A DNA stretch of 64,000 bases from an uncultured bacterium (GCA_963719425.1 OY970382.1:455100-519099), one strand, 5' to 3'; positions 26,183 to 36,700 are shown, counted from the first letter of the stretch. The notes: a model not told the origin generated them from the letters alone. Translations and numbers: made by a program.

Positions 26183-26695
26183 TTATTTGGATGCGCGTGA
26201 TTTCGGATTGAACATCCGCTTGAAGAAGCCCGGCTTCTTACTCTCCACGACTTCCTTCTCCGGCTTCTGCTTTTCACGTTTGCTTTTCTTGGGCCTTTCC
26301 TCTCCGGGCGGCAGTTTCACCTTCTTCGGCACGACAATCTTGTACTTCGGCGTTAGATTTTCATTGAGGCCGAGCACGAGCGTCACGTTGCTCATTTTCT
26401 TTTGGATCGGCGATGCCGAACCGCGCGCGCGCGGCAAATGTCGCTTGAGCATCGGCCCCTGGTCCACGCGGAAATCGGCAATAAAAAGATGATCCGCGTT
26501 CCACCGTTTGTTGTTTTTGGCGTCCGCGACCGCCGAACGCAAAAGTTTGAGGAGCGCCTTTGCCGGCCGGCGGCGCTGTGCCATAAGCTGCGCCTCCGCG
26601 TCGTTCACGGACATTCCCTTCACAAGGTCTGAAACGCTCCGCACTTTCCGTGGCGCGATTTTCAGATAATTCAGTTTTGCGGTTTGTTGTTCCAT
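26183..26695 (-). CDS. rplV: 50S ribosomal protein L22 with a Lys-rich C-terminal extension
   Basis: 'AKLNYLKIAPRKVRSVSDLVKGMSVNDAEAQL' core; ~50-aa basic tail. Confidence 0.85.
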   Translation of the reverse strand: MEQQTAKLNYLKIAPRKVRSVSDLVKGMSVNDAEAQLMAQRRRPAKALLKLLRSAVADAKNNKRWNADHLFIADFRVDQGPMLKRHLPRARGSASPIQKKMSNVTLVLGLNENLTPKYKIVVPKKVKLPPGEERPKKSKREKQKPEKEVVESKKPGFFKRMFNPKSRASK

Positions 26696-26704
26696 GTTAG
26701 CAAT

Positions 26705-27037
26705 TTATTTGGACGGCGCTTTTGCGGCGGCGGCTTGGGCTTTTTGCGTTTCTGCGGCTTTGATTTCCAATTCCTTCTGCATCTTGCCGCCGTGCTTCGT
26801 GAATTTTCGCGTCGGCGAGAATTCGCCCAAGCGATGGCCCACCATCTCCTCCGCTATCTTCACCTCAATGAACGTTTTGCCGTTATGCACGCTGAAGGTA
26901 TATCCCACCATCTCCGGTGCGATCTCCGACGCGCGCGACCACGTTTTAATGGCCGGCGCATTCTCCGGCTTCGCCTTGGAAATCTTTTGGAGAAGCCTTG
27001 GATCAACGTAGGGACCCTTTTTGAGCGAGCGAGACAT
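26705..27037 (-). CDS. rpsS: 30S ribosomal protein S19 with a short Ala/Lys-rich C-terminal extension
   Basis: '[19 protein letters not shown]...[33 protein letters not shown]'. Confidence 0.85.
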   Translation of the reverse strand: MSRSLKKGPYVDPRLLQKISKAKPENAPAIKTWSRASEIAPEMVGYTFSVHNGKTFIEVKIAEEMVGHRLGEFSPTRKFTKHGGKMQKELEIKAAETQKAQAAAAKAPSK

Positions 27038-27053
27038 GGTTCTGGTAAACAGT

Positions 27054-27876
27054 TTACTTCCTGCGCTTCAGGATGAACTTGCTCGACTTTTTCTTCCGAT
27101 TGCGCGTCTTGTGTCCGCCCGTCACTTTGCCCCACAGGGTCTTCGGTTTTCTCGTGCCGCGCGGCTGGCTGCCCTCGCCGCCGCCGTACGGGTGGTCCAC
27201 CGGGTTCATCGCCTTGCCGCGGACGGTCGGCCGGATGCCAAGCCACCGCGAACGGCCTGCTTTTCCGACCGTAATCAAACTCCATTCGGCGTTTGAAACC
27301 TGTCCGAGCGAGGCAAATCCGTCCCATAGAACGCGGCGCACTTCGCCTGAAGACAACTTCAAATCCGTGTACCCGTCGGCATTTGCAAGCACTTCCGCGT
27401 AGGAACCCGCCGAGCGCGCGAGCTGGCCGCCGCGGCCGGGCGTGAGTTCAATATTGTGCACTTGGTAACCGACCGGAATGTTTTTCAATTTCATCCGATT
27501 GCCGGTCTTCAAGGGCGCCGACTCGGCAACGACGATCTCCGTGCCTACCGTCATGCCTTCCGGCGCCAAAAGATATGCGCGCGTACCATCGGCATATTTC
27601 ACGCGCGCAATGAATGCCGTGCGATACGGATCGTATTCCAGGGTCTCCACGATCGCTTTCGCGTTCAAACGGTTCTGCTTGAAATCAACCATGCGGTACA
27701 ATTTTTTGTTGCCGCCGCCCTGGTGGCGCACCGTAATGCGGCCCTGCGCAGTTGCGGCCCGCATTGGACTTCAATCGCTTCAAAAGCGGCTTCCACGGGC
27801 GGACGCCCGAGAGTACCTTGTAATCAGAAGTGGTCATGCTGCGGCGCGATGCGGTTGTCGGTTTATAGCTTTTCAT
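27054..27876 (-). CDS. rplB: 50S ribosomal protein L2, interrupted by an apparent +1 frameshift near codon 40
   Basis: N-terminal fragment [20 protein letters not shown]...KSNAGRN (27685..27876) and C-terminal fragment ...[23 protein letters not shown]... (27054..27764) are in frames offset by 1 nt. Skipping one T (~27751) restores '...[14 protein letters not shown]...'. Span is 823 nt (3n+1). Confidence 0.75.
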
Positions 27877-27888
27877 GGTTTTAGAGAT

Positions 27889-28166
27889 TTACTGTACGTC
27901 TATTTTCTGGCCTGCTTTCAAAGTGACGATCGCCTTCCGATACCCTTCCTGCGTGCCTTTTATGTCGCGCCAAACCGTTTCTGTTTTGGCGGACGGTTCA
28001 CCACGTTCACCGCGACCGCATCCACCTTATAAATTTCTTTCACCGCTTTTTTGATCTCCTGCTTGGTCGCTTTCGGCTTCACAATGAAAACGTACTTGCC
28101 GAGCGCGGAGAGTCCGGTGGATTTTTCCGTCACCCAAGGTTTTTTGATAAGAAATACGTCGATCAT
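27889..28166 (-). CDS. rplW: 50S ribosomal protein L23, interrupted by an apparent -1 frameshift
   Basis: Frame A gives MIDVFLIKKPWVTEKS...VNRPPKQKRFGAT*. A frame shifted by -1 then gives ...KGTQEGYRKAIVTLKAGQKIDVQ*, the canonical L23 C-terminus. Span is 278 nt (3n+2). Confidence 0.7.
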
Positions 28167-28174
28167 GGCAATTT

Positions 28175-28825
28175 CTAATTTCCAACTTTGTAATGCTTTT
28201 CAATGGTTGCGACCGCACCTTTCTCAAGAAAAAGATTCTTGTGGTCCAAAACGTCTATGACGTTCAGCGATGCCGCATCAGTTGCTTTCGCCTTTTCTAG
28301 ATTGGCCGCGGCGCGGAACAGGTTTTTATTGACCGCGCGGTCTACCAAGAGCACGTCATACCGCTTGGCTTTCTTTCTCATATTCAAAACCATGGCAAGC
28401 GCAGAAGCCAGTACTTTTGTTTTCGGCGCTTCAAGCGCGAACGATTCAAAAATCTTCATTTCGCCGTCTTTCATCTTCCGCGAAAGCGCGGAAAAGAGCG
28501 CCGTACGCTTCATTTTCTTGTTCACTTTTTGCGAATAATCGCGCTCCTTGCGCGGCCCGTGCGCCTTGCCGCCGCCCACCCACAAGGGCGACCGGATAGA
28601 ACCGTGCCGCGCGCGGCCGGTCCCCTTCTGGCGCCACGGCTTCCTGCCGCCGCCGCGCACTTCGCCGCGTCCCTTCGCGTGCGCCCACGGATCCCGCGCG
28701 TTCGCACGCTGTGCGTCCACCACCTGCTTCACCAAAACCGGGTTCCATTTGACGCCGAAAACGTCTTCCGGCAATTCAACCGTTCCCACTTTTTTATTGT
28801 TCAAATTATAGACGTCGGTGATCAT
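28175..28825 (-). CDS. rplD: 50S ribosomal protein L4
   Basis: '...GRGEVRGGGRKPWRQKGTGRARHGSIRSPLWVGGGKAHGP'; internal MITDV start chosen, 22 nt after the rplC stop. Confidence 0.8.
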   Translation of the reverse strand: MITDVYNLNNKKVGTVELPEDVFGVKWNPVLVKQVVDAQRANARDPWAHAKGRGEVRGGGRKPWRQKGTGRARHGSIRSPLWVGGGKAHGPRKERDYSQKVNKKMKRTALFSALSRKMKDGEMKIFESFALEAPKTKVLASALAMVLNMRKKAKRYDVLLVDRAVNKNLFRAAANLEKAKATDAASLNVIDVLDHKNLFLEKGAVATIEKHYKVGN

Positions 28826-28847
28826 GAAAATTTCTAATGACGAATTT

Positions 28848-29405
28848 TTAATTCCGGATTTCCAAAAGGCCGCCACGCGCGCCTGGCACCGCACCGCGGA
28901 GGAATATCAAATTTTTTTCTTTGTCAACGTCCGCCACCACAAGATTCTTGATCGTCACGCGCTCCGTGCCCATGTGGCCCGCCATGCGGCGGCCGGGCAC
29001 CACGCGCTGGAACGCGGTGGAGCCGATGGAACCCGGCGCGCGGAAACGGTTCTTCTGCCCGTGCGTTTTCGGCCCGCCGCTGAAGCCGTGCCGCTTCACG
29101 ACACCCTGGAATCCGCGCCCTTTCGTAAGCCCGCTCACGCGGACTTTTTCGCCAGCCGCGAATGCTTCCACCGTCACCGCATCGCCCACCTTGAACTTTC
29201 CCATCTCAATCGGATGCCATTCGCGGTTCCGAAATTCACGCTTCGCTTTCCCAACCGAAACCTGGACGGCTTCATAGCCATCGTTATCTTTACTGCGTAC
29301 CGTAGTCACCTTGTTTGGCTCCGCGTGGATCACGGTCACGGGAATCACCTTCCCGTCCTTCCAGATTTGCGTCATTTTCAGTTTTTTGCCGAGAATAAAT
29401 GACAT
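28848..29405 (-). CDS. rplC: 50S ribosomal protein L3
   Basis: 'MSFILGKKLKMTQIW...VTKGRGFQGVVKRHGFSGGPKTHGQ'. Confidence 0.85.
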   Translation of the reverse strand: MSFILGKKLKMTQIWKDGKVIPVTVIHAEPNKVTTVRSKDNDGYEAVQVSVGKAKREFRNREWHPIEMGKFKVGDAVTVEAFAAGEKVRVSGLTKGRGFQGVVKRHGFSGGPKTHGQKNRFRAPGSIGSTAFQRVVPGRRMAGHMGTERVTIKNLVVADVDKEKNLIFLRGAVPGARGGLLEIRN

Positions 29406-29588
29406 AAAACAAAAATTCCGGTTCTCACCGGAAGTTCATGCGAATACCCGACCGAACCCTGCCCTCAGGCGGGGTCGGTGCTTAAAGAAAACGAAAGACG
29501 TCTTCCGAAGCGCCAAAGCGCGATAGATATTGGCATAAAACTTCCGAGGAAACCTTAGGGAAAGTATAGCAAAACAGGGCCCGCCGTG

Positions 29589-29975
29589 TCAATTGATCGG
29601 CAAAAGCCGGCGTTTAAAGGCGTCGAATTCCTCACGATCCACCTTTTTATCCAATATTTCTATGATGCGTGCGAACCATCCTTCCATCTCGTTTTTAGTA
29701 GGCAACATCGCGATTTTCTGTTCCAAAGCGTCCATACACCCCTCAACTTTATCCAATATCTTGCCGACAGCAATATAGCCTTCCAGAGTTATTTTGAATT
29801 TCGCCTCTGTTTCCTCAAATAAAATCATCATCTTCCGCTGGTCAGCGTCAATTTTATCCGCTTTCACATGTAACTTACTTATCTCCATCCGCATAAGCGG
29901 CAGCTGGGCATCCAGCCGCGCAACCGTGGCCTCCAAATTTTGTTCATCCATGCTCTCATGGTAGTAAACGAACAA
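29589..29975 (-). CDS. Hypothetical protein (128 aa) inserted between rpsJ/tRNA-Asp and rplC
   Basis: Acidic, helical; no recognisable domain. Sits in the S10 operon where rpsJ and rplC are normally adjacent. Confidence 0.4.
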   Translation of the reverse strand: MFVYYHESMDEQNLEATVARLDAQLPLMRMEISKLHVKADKIDADQRKMMILFEETEAKFKITLEGYIAVGKILDKVEGCMDALEQKIAMLPTKNEMEGWFARIIEILDKKVDREEFDAFKRRLLPIN

Positions 29976-30069
29976 AAATAGTCAAAGGTTCTTTAATAAT
30001 TTTTTAATGCACTGCATCACCAAAAACCGCCCCTTGCGAGGCGGTCTTTGGTTTGGAGCCCGAAGGCAT

Positions 30070-30087
30070 CCGGCAAGCTGTCAACTT
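30070..30087. repeat. 18-nt inverted copy of the tRNA-Asp D-arm/anticodon-arm segment (partner 30169..30186)
   Basis: CCGGCAAGCTGTCAACTT is the reverse complement of AAGTTGACAGCTTGCCGG inside the tRNA. Confidence 0.7.
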
Positions 30088-30137
30088 ATCTCCCATTATA
30101 CTCCGATTTCTAACCTTGTCAAACGCCCGCGTCAATG

Positions 30138-30208
30138 TGGACTGGCGGAGAATCGAACTCCGAACTACAAGTTGACAGCTTGCCGTGATACCCTTTCACC
30201 ACCAGCCC
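30138..30208 (-). tRNA. tRNA-Asp (anticodon GUC) candidate; acceptor has a G3:U70 pair
   Basis: rc = GGGCTGG TG GTGA AAGGGTA TCAC G GCAAG CTGTCAA CTTGT AGTT CGGAG TTCGATT CTCCG CCAGTCC A; all stems pair (G-U at 27:43 and 3:70). Confidence 0.5.
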
Positions 30209-30278
30209 CATTGACCGGTGAATTCTAGCAAGCCGCCGATTAAATCTCTCTAAAAAAACTCTCGCGTGGACGTTTTCG

Positions 30279-30608
30279 TTAGACCATTTTCACTTCCACA
30301 TCCACCCCTGCCGGTAAATTCAAATTCGTGAGCGACTCAATAATCTTCTGGCTCGGATTCAGGATCTCCACCAGACGCTTGTGCACCCGGAGCTCAAACT
30401 GTTCGCGCGAGTCCTTATGCACGAACGTGGAACGGTTCACGGTGTAGTGCCTGATCTCCGTGGGTAGCGGAATCGGACCGTTCACCTTCGCGTCGTTCCG
30501 TTCGGCGGTCTCAATGATCTGGCGCGCCGAATTGTCAATCAGCTTGTGGTCGTAGGACTTGATCCGCAACCGGATTTTTTGCGGCGTTTCCGATTCCTTC
30601 TTTGCCAT
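30279..30608 (-). CDS. rpsJ: 30S ribosomal protein S10
   Basis: '[43 protein letters not shown]'. Confidence 0.9.
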   Translation of the reverse strand: MAKKESETPQKIRLRIKSYDHKLIDNSARQIIETAERNDAKVNGPIPLPTEIRHYTVNRSTFVHKDSREQFELRVHKRLVEILNPSQKIIESLTNLNLPAGVDVEVKMV

Positions 30609-30609
30609 A

Positions 30610-31809
30610 TTATTTGACGATCTTCGTAACCGCTCCTGCGCCTACGGTGTGGCCGCCTTCGCGAATGGCGAAGCGCTGCTTGTCCTCAAGCGCAACGGGG
30701 GAAATGAGTTTCACCGAGAGCTTTACGGTGTCGCCCGGCATCACCATCTCCATGCCCGAGGGCAGGGTCACCTCGCCGGTCACGTCGGTCGTTCGGATAT
30801 AGAACTGCGGCTTGTAGCCCGAGAAGAACGGCGAGTGCCTCCCGCCTTCCTCTTTGGAAAGCACGTACACCTCCGCCTCAAATTCCGAATGGGGCGTGAC
30901 GGTTCCCGGCTTCGCAATCACCTGCCCGCGCTCAACGTCCTCTTTCTTCAAGCCGCGGAGCAAGGCGCCGATGTTGTCGCCCGCCATGCCCTCATCCAAA
31001 AGCTTATTGAACATTTCGATGCCGGTGACGACGGTTTTGGTCGTGGGTCGCAAACCGACAATCTCCACCTCTTCATTCACTTTCACTTTTCCGCGCTCCA
31101 CGCGACCGGTGACAACCGTACCGCGGCCTTCAATAGAGAAGATGTCTTCAATCGGCATAAGGAACGGCTTGTCGACGTCGCGGACCGGCGTCGGGATATA
31201 ATCATCTAACGCTTTGATAAGATCAAGGATCGGTTTTGCGTCCGGGTCATCCGGAGATTTCACGTTCAATGCTTTCAACGCCGAACCGCGAATGACCGGC
31301 GCGTTGTCGCCGTCAAAATGATATTTTTTCAGGAGTTCCCGCACCTCGGATTCCACGAGATCAATCAATTCCGGATCATCCACTTGGTCGCACTTGTTCA
31401 AGAACACCACGATCTTCGGCACGCCCACCTGATACGCAAGCAGGATGTGCTCGCGCGTCTGCGGCATCGGCCCGTCCGTTGCGGCGACCACAAGTATCGC
31501 GCCGTCCATCTGGGCGGCACCCGTGATCATGTTTTTGATGTAGTCCGCGTGCCCCGGCGCGTCAATGTGCGCGTAGTGGCGCTTTTCCGTGGAATACTCG
31601 GAGTGGTGCAATGCGATTGTGATACCGCGTGCCTTTTCCTCCGGCGCGTTGTCGATCTGATCAACGCCCTCTTCTTTCTTAGCCAGACCCTTCATAAACA
31701 AAATGTGTGTGATCGCGGCGGTCAAGGTCGTCTTTCCGTGATCCACGTGGCCGATCGTCCCCACGTTCACGTGCGGCTTGGACCGGTCAAATTTTTCTTT
31801 TTCTGCCAT
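30610..31809 (-). CDS. tuf: Elongation factor Tu
   Basis: '[34 protein letters not shown]', '[26 protein letters not shown]', 'NKCD'; internal Met start chosen. Confidence 0.9.
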   Translation of the reverse strand: MAEKEKFDRSKPHVNVGTIGHVDHGKTTLTAAITHILFMKGLAKKEEGVDQIDNAPEEKARGITIALHHSEYSTEKRHYAHIDAPGHADYIKNMITGAAQMDGAILVVAATDGPMPQTREHILLAYQVGVPKIVVFLNKCDQVDDPELIDLVESEVRELLKKYHFDGDNAPVIRGSALKALNVKSPDDPDAKPILDLIKALDDYIPTPVRDVDKPFLMPIEDIFSIEGRGTVVTGRVERGKVKVNEEVEIVGLRPTTKTVVTGIEMFNKLLDEGMAGDNIGALLRGLKKEDVERGQVIAKPGTVTPHSEFEAEVYVLSKEEGGRHSPFFSGYKPQFYIRTTDVTGEVTLPSGMEMVMPGDTVKLSVKLISPVALEDKQRFAIREGGHTVGAGAVTKIVK

Positions 31810-31957
31810 GGATTTTTGTGAAGTTTTGATTAAATTTATTTGTAACGATGCCCTTTCACTTCGCGAAAAAGCAATAGCCAATCGACCTAAAACGCTCCTT
31901 CACGAAGGATGACAAAAACCATTGTACCCCTATGCCCCCCGCGCGTCAAATCCATTC

Positions 31958-32269
31958 TTAGACTTTTTTAATCCTAACTTCCGCATATTGCTGTCGATGT
32001 CCCTTTTTTTTGCGGAACCGCGTTTTGGAATGATACTTAAAGACGATCTTTTTTTTCTCGCGCCCCACGCCGAGCAATTCCGCTTCCACCGAAGCATTCG
32101 TAAGGTAAGGAGCGCCGATCGTGACGCGGCCGTCCTCGGACCGCAAAAGCACCTTATCAAAAACCATGGCGCCGCCTTCGGCGCTTGTCTTTTCTATTTT
32201 TAATTTCTCCCCGGCGGAAACCTTGTATTGCTTCCCGCCGGTTTGAATCACCGCGAAGTCCTGTGCCAT
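31958..32269 (-). CDS. rplU: 50S ribosomal protein L21
   Basis: 'MAQDFAVIQTGGKQYKVSAGEKLKIEK...KIVFKYHSKTRFRKKKGHRQQYAEVRIKKV'; internal Met start. Confidence 0.8.
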   Translation of the reverse strand: MAQDFAVIQTGGKQYKVSAGEKLKIEKTSAEGGAMVFDKVLLRSEDGRVTIGAPYLTNASVEAELLGVGREKKKIVFKYHSKTRFRKKKGHRQQYAEVRIKKV

Positions 32270-32273
32270 ACTA

Positions 32274-32624
32274 TCAATTAACGCTAATGATAGCCGCAAA
32301 ACCGATAAAAAGCAAGATGGCGAGGACGAGGGTGACTGCGGCGGCACACTTCCCCAAAAAGCGGCTTCTTTCTTCAAGCTCAAGCGCGATAACGAAATTC
32401 ATGATGACAGCTGCGATCCCAAACGCTGCGATAAAGACGAAATTCGCCGGCGTGCCGACGGCAGTGATTCCCTCAAGATCGTTGTAATGAAGAATCACGG
32501 GAGAACTCAAGGCGGTGATATGCAACGCAAGGCGCGACCACAAGGCGCCGCCCATCACAAAAAGAAGCGCCGCAAGCGACATTAGACTGACCTCCTTGTG
32601 CTTGAGTATTTTCTTCCACATCAT
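32274..32624 (-). CDS. Hypothetical small membrane protein (3 TM helices)
   Basis: Hydrophobic segments; no motif. Confidence 0.4.
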   Translation of the reverse strand: MMWKKILKHKEVSLMSLAALLFVMGGALWSRLALHITALSSPVILHYNDLEGITAVGTPANFVFIAAFGIAAVIMNFVIALELEERSRFLGKCAAAVTLVLAILLFIGFAAIISVN

Positions 32625-33634
32625 GATCCCGATGATGATCCAGCCCTCTCCCCCCGCAGCACCGCGGCAGCGGCGTCCGGCGGAACGACGTTGATATTCA
32701 CGATGGTGGAGATCTCAAATCCTCCCGGAGGAGAAATCACATCCACCGGCACGACTTCAATGTGCCAATGATGATAAGGATATTTGCGGCCATCTACGGG
32801 GGCGTCGTGGATAAAGAAATTGAGGTCCGGATCGTGGAGATGCTTCTTCATGCGGCGCATCACGGACTGCAACAGGCGTGCGACATCCGCAAGCACCGCA
32901 CCTGGGGTTTCCGCGAAGTACGGCGCGTGGCGCCGCGGAAGAATGCTCACTTCAAAGGGACGCTTTGCCGCATAGGGAACGAACGCGATTGCGTGGCGAT
33001 TCTTTGCTACCATCCGCACGTTCGCCTTTTGCTCCCCCGCGACGATGTCGCAGCGCACACAACGGCCGTGCTGCTTGAAATACCGCAGAGCGCCATGAAG
33101 GGACTTCATGGCGTGTGGAGGGATAATCGGGAGCGCGAGGATCTGATAGTGGGGATGCGAAAGCGAAGCGCCCGCTTCCCTCCCCCAATTAAAGAACGTG
33201 GAAACGTACGCGCTGCACGCATCCTTCGCAATCACCCGATATCGTTCCCGGATTACCGTAAAGACATTGCACGCTTCCCGGGCAGTGAGTTCCGCGAAAT
33301 TTTTCCGATGGTCGCGGGTGACAACAATCTCGTGATCTCCCACGCCGGTCTTTCCGCGATACAAACCCCGGGAAATATCCGCAGCGCAACGCGCGCCATG
33401 CGCGAGCGCAGGATATTTATTGTGGATGATGGCGATCTTCCAGTGCGCTTCGTCGGGATACATCGCAATCGGCGGCCAGTTTCCGGATTTTTTCAGATCC
33501 TCAAACGGGCACCCGCGCATGGGCGATATCTCGCGCGGTCCTCTGCGCTTCAAAAGGTCTTCCGGACGCTTGGCGCGCCCGGGTGCAATAATGGTCCAAT
33601 CGCCGGAAACAGGGTCTTCGTGGAACTCGCTCAT
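32621..33634 (-). CDS. galT: Galactose-1-phosphate uridylyltransferase (HIT-superfamily GalT)
   Basis: 'CPFE' Zn site and 'SHPHYQILALP' HPH active-site motif; two-half GalT architecture. Confidence 0.75.
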   Translation of the reverse strand: MSEFHEDPVSGDWTIIAPGRAKRPEDLLKRRGPREISPMRGCPFEDLKKSGNWPPIAMYPDEAHWKIAIIHNKYPALAHGARCAADISRGLYRGKTGVGDHEIVVTRDHRKNFAELTAREACNVFTVIRERYRVIAKDACSAYVSTFFNWGREAGASLSHPHYQILALPIIPPHAMKSLHGALRYFKQHGRCVRCDIVAGEQKANVRMVAKNRHAIAFVPYAAKRPFEVSILPRRHAPYFAETPGAVLADVARLLQSVMRRMKKHLHDPDLNFFIHDAPVDGRKYPYHHWHIEVVPVDVISPPGGFEISTIVNINVVPPDAAAAVLRGERAGSSSGS

Positions 33635-33640
33635 AAAAGA

Positions 33641-35569
33641 TTACGGGGTCGCGGCATTCGCGCGCGCGATCCTGTTCCAATAATACCAATTGAGAATGTC
33701 TTTCGCTATCGGCACCGCGTTCAGGCTTCCTTCTTTTGAATTCTCTATAAGGATAAGGATGGACACCTGCGGATTCTTGCACGGCATATAGCCCACAAAG
33801 AGCGCGTTCTCCTGCTGGTTGTTCGCTACTTGCGCGCTGCCGGTCTTCGCGCACGCGTCAATTGGCAAATCGTGCAATGAATACGCCGTCCCCTGCGGCG
33901 ACGTTACCCCTTCCCGCATCCCCTGCTGCACTTCTTGTATCTGCGGAAGAAGCCCCGTGAGGTCCTCCGAAATCTGCGGCGTGGAAGCGGCGTTTAGGAA
34001 CGGCCGGTAAATTTTCCCGCCGTTGCCGATGGCGCCGATATAATCCAAAAGTTGGAGCGGACTCACGAGCAGGTCTCCCTGCCCAATGGAAACATTGTAG
34101 GTGTCGCCAAGGAGCCAGGGCGTTCCCAAGCGTTTCTGCTTCCAGTCCGGCGTAGGCAGGAACCCGTCCGCTTCATTCGGCATATCAATGCCGGTCGGTC
34201 TCCCGAGGCCGAACATTTCCCACCATTGATACAACCGACTAATGCCGAGGCCCGAAATGCCGTAATCGCTCGGGTCATTCAAAAGCGGCGTGCTTGCCGG
34301 CGGCGACCCGCCTCCCACGACATAGAAATACACGTCCGACGATTGCGCGAGCGCGGATGCCAAGTCCACGCTTCCTTGATAGCGCCAATCCAAGTACCGG
34401 CTCGGCGTTGAGGAATTGTAGGGATTCGGCACAAGGAGATAGCCAGGCGAAAAAATGGTGCGTTGCGGGTCAATCACGCCTTCTTTGAGCGCCGCGACCG
34501 CGTCCAAGGGCTTCACGGTGGAACCGGGATTGTAAAACCCGCCGACCGCCCGATTGAAAAGCGGTTTGTCGGAGGAAGAAAGCAAACGCGATATCTCCGC
34601 CGCCGCCCCGCCGGTGCCGGACTGCGAGAACACATTATCGTCAAAACCGGGAAGATTGATGAGTGAAAGCACTTCGCCTGTCTGCGGATCTATTGCGAGG
34701 CCCACGCCCACGGTTCTCCCGAGCGACTGTAAACCGCTTGCGAGGCGCGAATAGAGGTACGACTGCAGCCCTCCGTCGATCGTAAGATGAAGCGAGCCGC
34801 CGACCTGCGGTGTGGACTGTTGTTCCTCGCGGAGCAACGTGCCCTGCGCGTTCCGGTATTGCACCGTCACTCCCGGCTTCCCGCGCAGGACATCGTCGTA
34901 GTACGCCTCAATGCCCATTTTCCCGATAAAGTCGGCATTGCTTAAAGATGGATCTGCCTTTAAATCGTTTTCGCTCACGCGACCCGTATAGCCGACAACC
35001 GAAGAGAACACAGGCCCTTGGGGATAGTCGCGTATGAATTCGTTCTCCACTTTGATCGTCGTGAGGTTCGCTGCTTGGAGATTCACAAGCTCGTTCTGCG
35101 TAAGGTTCTCCGCAAGAACGACCGGCGTCGCGAAATCCTGCGCGACGGCCTGATTCACAAGGTTTGTGAAATCGTGGAAAGTGATACCGAGCACGCTTTG
35201 CGCGATGCGCGCGGTATCTGCGCGAAGCGACTCGTCATTCACGTATGCGCGCGTGTCAAGCACCGCCGCGAATGCCGCCTTGCTTTCCGCAAGCACATCG
35301 CCCTCGCGATCGTAGATCGCGCCGCGCGGCGCCAGCGCCATTTCGTATTCCGCCACGTTGTCTTCCGCACGCGCCGCGTAATACGCGCCGCTTGCCCAAT
35401 TAAGATAGACAATCCGCGCCGCGACCGCGAGCGCAATGCAAAAAACGATTATCCCAAGCCAGAAGAACGGCCGGTGCCCGATGGGAACCTCCGCCACGTC
35501 CAAATCGCGGCTCCAGTCGTCGTTCAACGAATCTTCAAACGCAACCTCGCGGAAACGATCCTGCCTCAT
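33641..35569 (-). CDS. mrdA: Penicillin-binding protein 2 (elongasome transpeptidase)
   Basis: N-terminal TM + dimerisation domain; transpeptidase motifs STVKP ('PGSTVKPL'), SxD and KTG ('KTGSAQV'); follows mreBCD. Confidence 0.85.
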   Translation of the reverse strand: MRQDRFREVAFEDSLNDDWSRDLDVAEVPIGHRPFFWLGIIVFCIALAVAARIVYLNWASGAYYAARAEDNVAEYEMALAPRGAIYDREGDVLAESKAAFAAVLDTRAYVNDESLRADTARIAQSVLGITFHDFTNLVNQAVAQDFATPVVLAENLTQNELVNLQAANLTTIKVENEFIRDYPQGPVFSSVVGYTGRVSENDLKADPSLSNADFIGKMGIEAYYDDVLRGKPGVTVQYRNAQGTLLREEQQSTPQVGGSLHLTIDGGLQSYLYSRLASGLQSLGRTVGVGLAIDPQTGEVLSLINLPGFDDNVFSQSGTGGAAAEISRLLSSSDKPLFNRAVGGFYNPGSTVKPLDAVAALKEGVIDPQRTIFSPGYLLVPNPYNSSTPSRYLDWRYQGSVDLASALAQSSDVYFYVVGGGSPPASTPLLNDPSDYGISGLGISRLYQWWEMFGLGRPTGIDMPNEADGFLPTPDWKQKRLGTPWLLGDTYNVSIGQGDLLVSPLQLLDYIGAIGNGGKIYRPFLNAASTPQISEDLTGLLPQIQEVQQGMREGVTSPQGTAYSLHDLPIDACAKTGSAQVANNQQENALFVGYMPCKNPQVSILILIENSKEGSLNAVPIAKDILNWYYWNRIARANAATP

Positions 35570-35585
35570 CGGTTCTTAGCATACG

Positions 35586-36023
35586 CTAATCCCTGTCCCA
35601 TCGGTAGAGCAGGAAGAAAACGCACGTGCCGAAAAGCCAACCCGCCGCGAGATCCGGCAAAAATAGCCGCCACGATGCGAGGAGCGCCGCGGGCGCAGCC
35701 GCGACGACAAGCGTAAGGAAACCGAGGAAGATCGCGACGAGGTTGAGAAACCACGGCTGTGAGCGGAACGCATCGCGCAAAAAAAAGACTGCAAAAGGAA
35801 ACAGTGCAGACACGAGTATCTCCGGACTCACGGCCGGCTGCCAGTTGATGATAAAAACCGCGGTGAGGGCAAGGAATGCCAGCTCCCAAAATCCGAACAC
35901 GAACGCGAATGCAATGAGCGTGGCGAAAGAAAAATCAAGATACACGTTCGCCGCGGCAAGCGAGAACTGGAGCGCAAGCGCGATGAGCAGGAGCACGAGG
36001 CCGGCGAGCAGTTTTAGGGTCAT
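35586..36023 (-). CDS. mreD: Rod shape-determining protein MreD
   Basis: Polytopic small membrane protein immediately after mreC. Confidence 0.6.
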   Translation of the reverse strand: MTLKLLAGLVLLLIALALQFSLAAANVYLDFSFATLIAFAFVFGFWELAFLALTAVFIINWQPAVSPEILVSALFPFAVFFLRDAFRSQPWFLNLVAIFLGFLTLVVAAAPAALLASWRLFLPDLAAGWLFGTCVFFLLYRWDRD

Positions 36024-36688
36024 CGGGCGATGGCAACGACTTGCATGCTGTTCTCGTCGTAGGCGAACGTGAGGGCCGCTTCTTCAAAAAGGTTGTCCGC
36101 GGATGTGCTCGTGCCTTGGACAACGGCAACCGGAAGTCCGTACGGCAATCCCTCCGCCGCGGCATAGACGATATCGCCCGCATGCACCGCCGCGCCTTTC
36201 GCCATGGAAACAACTGAGGGAGATGCGCCGCCTGTGAGCAGGCCGTCATTCCCTGCCGCGCCGACGCGCACCGGTATTTTGAAATTGCCATCAAACACCG
36301 TCCGAACGAGCGAAGAGTCAGGGAACGTTCTTAGGACGACGCCGACGAGGATCCCCTGGAACACCACTGCCCTGCCCTCCGCGACGCCCTCATTCGCACC
36401 CGCATCAACAAGAAATTCGTTTTTGAAATTAAAAGGGTAGCGCGAATACACCATGGCGGAAAGGTACGCGGGCGAGGAACTGGGCAATTGCGCGGCGACG
36501 CGCGCGAGCTGTGCAAGCTCGGCTTTCAACTCCTCGTTTTCCGCGACGAGAACGCTGCTCTCCGCCTGGGGCGCCGCAAGAGGACTGAGCCACGCCCGCA
36601 CCCGCGCGCCGTACTGCGGCGCAAGAAACACAAGCACGATTAAAATGACGATGCATACTACGAGAGACCATCCGTCACGCTTCTTCAC
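36020..36688 (-). CDS. mreC: Rod shape-determining protein MreC
   Basis: N-terminal TM + coiled coil (AESSVLVAENEELKAELAQLAR) + beta-rich C-terminal domain. Confidence 0.75.
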   Translation of the reverse strand: MKKRDGWSLVVCIVILIVLVFLAPQYGARVRAWLSPLAAPQAESSVLVAENEELKAELAQLARVAAQLPSSSPAYLSAMVYSRYPFNFKNEFLVDAGANEGVAEGRAVVFQGILVGVVLRTFPDSSLVRTVFDGNFKIPVRVGAAGNDGLLTGGASPSVVSMAKGAAVHAGDIVYAAAEGLPYGLPVAVVQGTSTSADNLFEEAALTFAYDENSMQVVAIAR

Positions 36689-36700
36689 ATTAGAAGAAAA

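Noticed and set aside
27685-27876. 63-aa ORF treated as a separate small gene
   Set aside because: It is the N-terminal fragment of rplB separated from the rest by a 1-nt frameshift.
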